11,943 nt of DNA, taken from the NCBI GenBank assembly GCA_000388065.2, contig KB932210.1; one strand, written 5' to 3'. The position numbers were made by a program, and so were the translations under genes. Below the pieces are notes generated by a model. That model worked only from the letters and a program-made list of their open reading frames with translations, made no database searches and was not told the DNA's origin. This document shows positions 1 to 7,421 of this stretch, one piece after another. Each line of letters starts with the position of its first letter. Position 1 is the first letter of the stretch. Origin of the DNA: Fonticula alba ATCC 38817. Its lineage: Eukaryota; Protista; Nucleariida.

Positions 1-301
1 CCGCCTGGAGTGGCCGCACACCGGGGGCACCTTAGAGCCCGGCGCGTACGCCCTTCTTCTGGGTCTCTTCCCCCCCCCCCCCCGCACGCGGAGAGATAGG
101 GGGTCAAAGGCTGGCCGCGCGCCGTTCCGCCGGTTTCCTCAGCGCTCGGCCGCCGAGCCGCGGCCACGGTTCCCACGCCCCACTGCCGGGCGCCCGCCCG
201 GCAGATGCTCTTCCCCCCCCCCCTCCTGCCTCCGTCGCCGCCCAGGGCCCGAAGCTCAATAGCCGCTAGGGGGACCGGGACGGGGAACAACAGGGACGGC
301 G

Positions 302-333
302 ACACACACACACACACACACACACATACACAC
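302..333. repeat. (AC)n microsatellite with one interruption
   Basis: Directly visible. Confidence 0.95.
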
Positions 334-750
334 GGCCGGGCGGGGAGGCGCGCGCGAGCGCGAGGGGGGGAGGGCGGCTTCTCGGCGGCGCCCGCGGGGC
401 GACGGCCCCCCAACCCCCGGCTGTTCTGGTGAGCGCGAAGAGAACCCTCGTCCCTGGGGGGGGGTGCTGGAGGTGCTCGTGCCTGGAGGGGCTGGGTGCC
501 GTCTCCCCCTGCGCGGCGCCGCGGCGGGGGCCGAGAACAGGCGCCCCAAACCGGGGCTCGGAGGGGGGAGCCCGGCACGCAGCACACAGCGACCGCGCGA
601 ATGTTCCCCCCCCTCCCTCCCCCCGCCCGATGCTCGCTGGTCCTCCCACCGGGACGCGGCCATCAAGCACGCCGTGCACGGCCGATGCCACACCGTCGCG
701 AAATACGCCCGTGGTCGGAGAGGAGCAGAGCGGGACCGCGGCGATAACAT

Positions 751-776
751 ACACACACACACACACACACACACAC
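751..776. repeat. (AC)13 microsatellite
   Basis: Directly visible. Confidence 0.95.
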
Positions 777-2066
777 GCAGGCCACCGGCCAGGAGGCCAA
801 CAATATTCCGCTCAGTATATTATTGTTGTTATTATTACCCGCCAGCATGAAAGCACCTCCCCTCCCAGGGGCCTGCTCTCAGCTGGCCGGGCGACGCTGT
901 GTTATCTCGCGCCTGTGGGCACCGACGTCTGCCCCCTTCGCCCTGCCTCGGCGCCGCCGCCGCCGCCGCCGTGCCTCCCGGCCGCAGGTCCCGGCGCGGA
1001 TGGTGTTGTTTGCCGCCTCGGGGGGGGGGGGGCGCCCGGCCCCGCCCTCCCGGCCGCAGCGTCCCTCTTCCGCCCTCGGTATGCACACTTGCACGGACAC
1101 ACTTGCGTGGTACAATAGACACGCCGGGGCGTGTTGTGCACTGCCAGGCTCCAGTGACCTCCCGGGCGAGGTCACCCCGGGCTGGAGCCTCAATCCGCCG
1201 CAGGGGGACCAAGGAGCGCGCATCATCATTCCCGGCGCGCCTGGCCCAGCCCCCCCCCTTTCCCGACCACAGCGGCCCCGCGGGGGCGGCCGGGACGCTG
1301 CCCGCGCACCGGCCCCAGCCGCACATCGGCCGCGACCCCGCCCCCGGGCGCGGTGCGCGTCGCGGTCCGGTTCTCCCTTGTCTCCCGCGGCACAGCCGGG
1401 TGCTCCCTCTCCGCGCGGCCGGGAGCCCTCCAAGCCGAGGGCCCCGGGGAGGTGCGTGACTGCCGCCGGTCACGAACGGCGCCCGGTCGGTGTGCCAAGT
1501 TGTCCCCCGCCCCGGCGCCTTTCCCAGCCGTGAGGAAGGCCCAAGCCCCCCCCCCCCCGGGCGTCGTCCACAAGCCCCTCCGTGCGCGCCCACAGCCGCC
1601 GGGCCGCTTGCCGCCGCCGCCCTGTCGCGACCTGGCCCCGGACCCGGCCGGGCGGGTGGAGCCCGCGGCAAACGCGCCGGGGATCTCCCGGCTCCCCGGC
1701 CTGCCGAGAGGCGGGTGGGCCTTCGTACGCCCTGGTCACCCGTCCCCCCCCCCCGGGCCCCCGAGCAGGGCAGGTTATGTTATCTTTCCGGATCCATATC
1801 CAAAAAGCGGGGCCCCGGCGCGGGTCCGCCCCCAGCATCTGCCACATCGGTTGCCCTCCCCCTCCCCCCTCCCCTCCCCCACGCCACCCCGCCTCCCCCC
1901 TCCTTTTCCTCCCGCCCCCCTTCTCGCCCCCCCCCCCGTGCTTTCCCTCCAGCAGGCTCAGCCTTTCCTCTTTTCTCGTACGTCTCCCCTCCGCCCTGCC
2001 TGCGTATGTGCGCGCGTGTGTATGCACACTGCGTCCACTCCGCACCTCTTCGGTTCTGGCACGCTC

Positions 2067-2076
2067 NNNNNNNNNN
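2067..2076. other. Assembly gap (10 N), true length unknown
   Basis: N run followed by C8 and (GT)10. Confidence 0.99.
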
Positions 2077-2151
2077 CCCCCCCCGTGTGTGTGTGTGTGT
2101 GTGTCTGTGCGCGCGCCCTATCGTCGGCTGTGTGTGCCCCTCCTCTTGCAG

Positions 2152-2163
2152 ACAATGTCTCAG
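2152..2163 (+). other. Putative 12-nt microexon (ACAATGTCTCAG) carrying the Rab start codon
   Basis: Flanked by a pyrimidine-rich acceptor (CCTCCTCTTGCAG, AG at 2150-2151) and a GTGCGC donor at 2164. Joins in frame to the CAG acceptor ending at 2415. Confidence 0.6.
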
Positions 2164-3684
2164 GTGCGCTCCCGCCTCGCTCCCTCTGCGACTGCCCGAG
2201 CCGCCGCGCCTCCCCTCGGCCGCGGCCCTCCCCAAGGCTGTTCGCCTCTGTCCCCCCCCCCTGCTCTTTTGGGGTCTTTGCCCTCCATGTGTATGCCTCT
2301 TCACCGGTCCCTTGCCTGACTCATGCGCACTCGCCCCCCCCCCTCTCGCCCTCTCGCCCTCCTCGCTTGCATCTCGCGTGCACATACCTCACGCGCCCGT
2401 TTGGCACCAATGCAGTCCGAAGCCACCGGTGAGACCAAGGAGTTCCTTTTCAAGATCCTCGTCGTTGGTGACATCGGCACCGGTAAGACCAGTATCATCA
2501 AGCGCTATGTGCACAACATTTTCTCTTACTTCTACCGTTCCACCGTGCGTTCTTTCGTGGGCCACCTCACTTCCTGTTCTTCTCGCCGTCGCCCGCATGT
2601 TTGCCGCCTCCCCCCCCATCACCAGACGCCTTCTCCATCGGCGCCGCCTGTAGTGTCAGCCTCCTGCTGTGCATTTTGCGCCCTGTGGTCCCACCCCTGT
2701 GGTTCCATCTTTGTCCGCCCTTGGGTCCCACACTCACCTTCCTTCGTCGTCCTCCTTCGTTGCTCCCCTTCTTCCCCTCTCCTCTCTACTTCTTTCCGCC
2801 CCCCCTCCTTCCCCAAACACACCCCGTAGATCGGTGTCGACTTCGCCCTCAAGGTCCTCCAGTGGGAGCAGAACATCGTCGTGCGCGTCCAGCTGTGGGA
2901 TATCGCCGGCCAGGAGCGCTTCGGCAACATGACCCGTGTCTACTACAAGGACGCCGTCGGTGCCATGGTCGTCTTCGATGTGACTCGTACCTCCACCTTC
3001 GAGGCGGTGTCCAAGTGGAAGTCCGACATCGATTCCAAGGTCCGCCTTCCCGGGGACGCCATGATCCCGGTGGTCCTGCTGGCCAACAAGTGCGATCTCA
3101 GCAAGGACGGCCTTGTCCGCAATGCCGCCCAGATGGACAAGTACTGCGAGGAGAAGGGCTTCATCGGCTGGTGCGTCATATCTACATTCGCGCGTGCACA
3201 CCGGCGAGGCGGTCGGCGGAGGAGGGGCCTCCTCGCTCGCCCTCTCCCTCTCCCTTCATTGTGCCATCCGCCGCACACGCACACACACACACACACACAC
3301 ACATGCACACACATGCACAAGTGTATCCAGGCCTGGGGCGGCGCTCCCTGCGTGCTTTCTCCCCCCCCCCCCCACCAAGGCGGCAGGCTCCCTCCCGCAC
3401 TGGCCCCATGCTCGCTCGCCACCCCTCTCATCCCCCCTCGCCGGTCCCTCTCATCCTCACCTGCCACCCCCTCGTCCGCCCGCTCCACCTGGTCGGTCCC
3501 GTCTCACCCCGCGCGACGCAGGTTCGAGACCTCTGCCAAGGAGAACGTCAACATCGACAAGGCCTGCCGCGCCCTCGTGGCCAAGATCCTGGAGAACGAC
3601 GTCAGCAACAACAAGCGCGATGCCAAGGCCACCGTGGTCGTCGACGTCAAGGAGAGCCCCGCCGAGTCCTCCGGCTGCTGTTAA
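2155..3684 (+). CDS. RAB32: Rab32/Rab38-family small GTPase, spliced: join(2155..2163,2416..2544,2830..3170,3522..3684), 213 aa (alternative start at ATG 2410 gives 212 aa)
   Basis: Joined exons give KILVVGDIGTGKTSIIKRYVH (P-loop), YRSTIGVDF (effector), WDIAGQERFGNMTRVYY (Rab32/38-type G3 with I in place of the usual T), LLANKCD (G4), FETSAK (G5) and C-terminal GCC* (prenylation motif). Introns 2545-2829 (GTGCGT..TAG, phase 0) and 3171-3521 (GTGCGT..CAG, phase 2) restore the frame exactly. The first 9-nt coding exon is inferred and less certain than the rest. Confidence 0.93.
3274..3319. repeat. Imperfect (CA)n microsatellite inside the last Rab intron
   Basis: Directly visible. Confidence 0.9.
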
Positions 3685-4304
3685 TGCCTGTCTCGACAGC
3701 GTCACCCATGCTCCCCCCCCCCCCCCCCCCCTCCCCGCCTGCATGCGCGTGAGCCAGCAGACTGCCGCCCCTCTCGCCGCCCTCGTGGCCGTCTTTCTTG
3801 TCCGTCGCGAGGGAAAGGAGGGACCGCCTCTTCCCTCCTATTTTCACACCCCAACGAGTCTTCAATATATATATATAACATAAACACAGTCGCTCTCGTC
3901 TGGTCGGCCTTCCCGCGCCTGGTCGCGTGCGCCGCAAGCCCTCCGGCTCGCCTGTCGCCCGCCTCCTCCCTGGCAGACGGCGTGGTGTGCCAGGCCGGCC
4001 CCTGATCTGGGCGGTTGTCCCCCCTCCGAGCTGCTTCGTATGCCTGCCCCGTGTCCTTTCCTTCGGGCACAAGAGGGGGAGAAAAAAAAACAAACAAAAA
4101 CAAAAGCAGGCCCCGTGTGCCGCCCGGAGCCACGAGAGCAGCACGCCTTCGCCGCTGTCTTGCTGCCGACCTGCTGCCCTGCCTGGTCCGCCACCAACAG
4201 GGCAAGAGAGGGGAGGGCCAACCGGCGCGGGCAACGGACCCCCAAGCCCTTCCCAGCGGGAATGCCTTCATGTGGCCACCGCGCAGCAAGGCCAGGAGGA
4301 GCAA

Positions 4305-4375
4305 GCGTCGATGGTTTAGTGGTAGAATTGCCGCCTGCCACGCGGTAGACCCGGGTTCGATTCCCGGTCGACGCA
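4305..4375 (+). tRNA. tRNA-Gly (anticodon GCC), intronless, copy 1
   Basis: 71 nt, GCGTCGA...TCGACGC acceptor stem plus discriminator A. D-arm TGGTTTAGTGGTAGAA (A box), anticodon stem GCCGC/GCGGT with loop CTGCCAC (GCC at 4337-4339), T-arm CCGGGTTCGATTCCCGG (B box). No encoded CCA. Confidence 0.98.
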
Positions 4376-4385
4376 CTCCTCTCTC

Positions 4386-4389
4386 TTTT
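4386..4389 (+). terminator. Pol III oligo-T terminator (T4) of tRNA-Gly copy 1
   Basis: First TTTT run, starting 11 nt after the tRNA 3' end. Confidence 0.7.
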
Positions 4390-4441
4390 GCCGCGGCAGC
4401 CCCGCCGCTGCTCCTCCCTCGCCGTTCGCGGCAGCAAAAAT

Positions 4442-4444
<3 letters not shown>

Positions 4445-4472
<28 letters not shown>
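4445..4472. repeat. (CA)14 microsatellite between tRNA-Gly and the ADA2 stop ((CA)13 at 8245-8270 in copy 2)
   Basis: Directly visible; the only variant found between the two copies. Confidence 0.95.
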
Positions 4473-4476
<4 letters not shown>

Positions 4477-4553
4477 GGCGCACGACGCTCCGTGAAACAC
4501 ATGGGGCCAGAGGGGTTTCATTTTACCTTTTCCTCCCTCCCGCGCCTCTCTCG

Positions 4554-7159
4554 TCAGACACTGTCGTCGCGGGGGCGCACCCGGCGCGTCGGGCCTATCC
4601 ACCCGGCCTTCTGGAAAAAGTGATAGCACGCCTCCACCTTGTCCGGGTCCAGACCAACCAGCGCCTGCGCCCGGTCCAGTGTCAGCACCCCGTCCTTGTC
4701 GCCGGCCAGCTTCGCCTCCGACAGGAGGGTCTCCTTCAGGGTCAAATACGCGCGTGGCAGGAGCCGCAGGAAGGAGCACAGCCGCGCCTCCTCGGCCGAC
4801 AGCAGCTGGAACCCCTCGCAGTGGGTGATGTCCAGCGGGCCCTGGCGGCGTGGGTGGGCAGCACCCTGTCGAAAGTCCACGCGCACAAGTGCACGCGGGC
4901 ATGCGCACGCGGTGTGGTCGGGGGGATTGCCGGGCCGGGGGGGCAGTTAGCAATCGATCACCGGGTCCGGCTCCTCCTGGTGGTGGGGAGGGCCCCCGGG
5001 GAGAGAAGGTGTGCCATGGCGGCACGGGTGTCGCACACGCACCTGGTGTTGGTCGCGCGCTGCGCGGTACTGTCGGGATGACACGGCGCCGGCGCCCGGC
5101 CCGGCCGAGCCCGGCCCGGAGGCACCCCCATGCCCCAGTCCCCCGGACATGAGTAGCGTCGATCCGGGCTTGACAACCCGATTGGCCGGGTCGTGATGCT
5201 GCCGAAGGAAGGGAGGTGAGTCAGCACAAACGGGCGGCGGCAAGGGGAAGGCACACAGCCATGTGTCGCAGGCAAAGGCGGAGAGAGACAGAGAAAGGGC
5301 AAGGTAGGCAGCAGCAGCAGCAGCAGCAGCGCACGCGAGCAATCTTGTCCAATTCGTATGTGGCCGCCGCGGCCTCGGTTCGGATGCCCGCCTGGCGGTA
5401 CTCCTGCAGCTGGGCGATGCGCTGGCGGATGCGGTGCTCGTCTGTGGGCGGGCGGACGCGCCCGGCCGGAGTGTCAGCGCAACTTCGCCTCGTCTGGAGC
5501 AGACTGTTCGGCCAGGGGGCAAAGAAAAAGGGCAGGCCCCCCCCCCCCCCCTCTCCCCGCCGGAGAACGCACTCAGTAGACCCTCAACGAAGAGGATGAA
5601 GTCCTCGTGCGACTGGAGCTTCGAGAAGACCTTGTATCGATTGATCAGATCTCGCTCTTCCTTGGACCGGTGCTTCTCCTCGGACCGGTACTGTATGTGT
5701 GTATGTGTGTGTGTGTGTGTTTGCCAGAGGGGGGGGGGACACGCACCCCGGCGAGGGAAAAAAAAGAAAAAAAAAGAAGAACAGCGTCAGTCAGAGCACC
5801 GCGAAGCATGCTCAGAGGGCGAGCGAAAGAGGACACCGGCAGGCAGCGCACCAGGCTGAAGTTCACCAAGCCCCGTTCGAGGAGGAAGTTTCGCCTCTCA
5901 TACCGCCGTGCGAGGCGGTAGTTGTAGATTTCCAGCATCTTCAGCTTGAGCTCTGCACATGTCCGGCAGGTGGGCGAAAGGAAAGAAAGGCAACACACGG
6001 ACAATGGCCCCGGCCCCGGCCCCGGCCCGGAGGAGCGCACAGATCGTCCCCGGTCAGCCAGCATACAGCCTCCCACTCATCCCGATCAGCGGGCCGCGCA
6101 GAGCCACCAGCCAAAATGGAACCCCGCCCCGCCCCGGGCAAACGCACCGATGTCCTCCGGCGAGTCCTCCTCATCATTGAAGAAGAGATTGGTGATGGCC
6201 TGCTCGGCGTCATTGTCATGCTCGACCTCAAACTCCCCGCGCAGCGGCATGTAGGTCGGCAGCTCGTGGCACACCGGGCCGCTGGGATCCGGCTTCTCGT
6301 GGCGCAGGACCGGCGCCGGGAGGCTGCCGGCGCCGCGAGCCAGCGCCAGGCGCTTCCGCCGATACTCATGCTCCTCGACCGGGTCGATCGGGATGTCGGT
6401 GCGCTTGGTGGACCGGATCCCCGGGACCGCAAGAGGGAGCGACCAGGGCGGGCCAGCAACCAGGGACCAGGAACCACGGCAGCACGTCCCCCCCCCCCCC
6501 CCCAAAGATGGACAGCCAAATGGAAAGGAAGTCAGCGCATGCACACCACGCAGGATGGATTCGCCCCCGGCACCCCTGCACAGCATATCGGCCCCTCGTA
6601 CCGGCATCGGCGCCTGGGGCCCGGTCAGGTAGATGCGCTTGTAGTGGTCGTCGATGTCCTCCGGAGTCTTGGTCCCCATGAAGACCGCCACATCGTACCA
6701 ACTCCCGAGCCCGTGCTTTTCGATGCCCTCCAGCAGGGCGATCTCCTCGTCGGCCCACCAGTCCGCCGTGAACAGCGGATAGTCCAGGGTGTCCAGCACA
6801 TGATACGGATGCTCGCGCAGGTGCAGGCCCACCTCGGCCCCGAGGGCAAAGCACTCGACGCACAGGTCGACATCCTCGCACACGGCGCACCGGATGCTGA
6901 TGGAGCGCGTCACGTCCAGGCTGCACCCGCAGCAGTACTGCTTCTCGCGGCCTGGCTCGGGGTCAGTCAAGGGGCCGGATCAGCCACAGCCCGGTGGAGG
7001 GCGGGCGGGCGGGCGGGCGGGCGGGCGGGCGGGTGGGCGGAGGCCCCGCATCACAGGGATCGGCCACCGGGACGCACCTTTCAGCCGGAACCCCGGGCTG
7101 GTGGGGATATCCTCCGCGAGGATGCTCTCCAACTTGGCCCGGTCGATTGGATTGACCAT
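4554..7159 (-). CDS. ADA2: Transcriptional adaptor ADA2 (SAGA/GCN5 HAT module), copy 1: complement join exons 7159-7078, 6951-6602, 6403-6148, 5952-5852, 5690-5573, 5441-5335, 5198-5043, 4865-4554; about 493 aa
   Basis: ZZ zinc finger (YCCGCSLDV..IRCAVCEDVDLCVECFALG..HLREHPY), SANT domain (WWADEEIALLEGIEKHGLGSWYDVA..GTKT), ADA2 core motifs (CHELPTYMPLRGEFEVEHDNDAEQ; DIELKLKMLEIYNYRL; RIAQLQEYRQAG) and C-terminal SWIRM (LLSAEEARLCSFLRLLPRAYLTLKE..YHFFQKAGWI). Seven GT-AG introns with compatible phases; exon lengths sum to 1482 nt. The intron 2 boundaries and the intron 7 acceptor are less certain. Confidence 0.93.
5308..5330. repeat. (GCA)7 trinucleotide repeat just inside ADA2 intron 6
   Basis: Directly visible, adjacent to the GTGCGC donor at 5334. 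Confidence 0.9.
6999..7038. repeat. (GGGC)n tetranucleotide repeat with 10 G3 tracts in ADA2 intron 1 (copy at 10797-10836)
   Basis: Eight perfect GGGC units, one GGGT, one GGGC. Confidence 0.95.
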
Positions 7160-7249
7160 GCTTTCGGCCTATGTCCGCGCGTGCGTGTGATATGGATTGT
7201 GAGGGGGGACGGAGGCAGGGAGAGAGAGAAAGAGAGAGAGAGAGAGAGA

Positions 7250-7259
7250 NNNNNNNNNN
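7250..7259. other. Assembly gap (10 N), true length unknown
   Basis: N run directly after a (GA)n tract; separates the two repeat copies. Confidence 0.99.
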
Positions 7260-7339
7260 CCCCTCCTATGCGCACTCTTTGCTAGGGGGTGCGAACCCTC
7301 GTCACGTTGCCGGGGACACGCCCGCTGCCGGAGACCCGG

Positions 7340-7421
7340 GTATGTGCACATACACGCGTATATGCGCATATACGCGTGTGTGTGCGTGTGTGTGCGCGTG
7401 TGTGTGTGTGTGTGTGTGTGC
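7340..7421. repeat. 82-bp strictly alternating purine-pyrimidine tract containing palindromes and (TG)n
   Basis: Read base by base, R/Y alternation is unbroken from 7340 to 7421. Confidence 0.9.

Larger units (their letters stand above)
3721..7249. repeat. ~3.5 kb direct repeat, copy 1 (Rab 3' flank + tRNA-Gly + ADA2)
   Basis: Matches 7521-11047 at offset 3800 before the (CA)n at 4445 and 3798 after it. Ends in a GA microsatellite at the N gap. Confidence 0.97.

Noticed and set aside
626-748. Short stretch with coding-like codons (..RDAAIKHAVHGRCHTVAKYARG..)
   Set aside because: No recognisable homology and no flanking consensus splice sites; too short to call without a BLASTX search.
205-2066. 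Many overlapping 100-390 aa ORFs rich in Pro/Arg/Gly/Ala
   Set aside because: Expected from stop-codon scarcity at this GC content; they include HTHT/CVCV microsatellite translations, show no family motif, and I could not build a splice-consistent model.
4386-4440. Imperfect hairpin TTTTGCCGCG..CGCGGCAGCAAAAA after the tRNA
   Set aside because: Only 7 contiguous pairs in GC-rich DNA, and Pol III termination needs only the T run.
2155-7159. Non-standard genetic code
   Set aside because: Both spliced genes translate with no internal stops and end in TAA (Rab) and TGA (ADA2) under the standard code.
7160-7249. TAG 9 nt upstream of the ADA2 ATG after a (TC)n tract, suggesting a trans-splice acceptor
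   Set aside because: No spliced-leader evidence is obtainable from DNA; a CCAAT-like box about 130 nt upstream (copy 2) fits an ordinary promoter, and a TAG trinucleotide occurs easily by chance.
5699-7285. 528-aa plus-strand ORF (and the 675-aa ORF at 9497-11524)
   Set aside because: Antisense shadow of GC3-rich ADA2 exons plus microsatellite translations; no recognisable domain.
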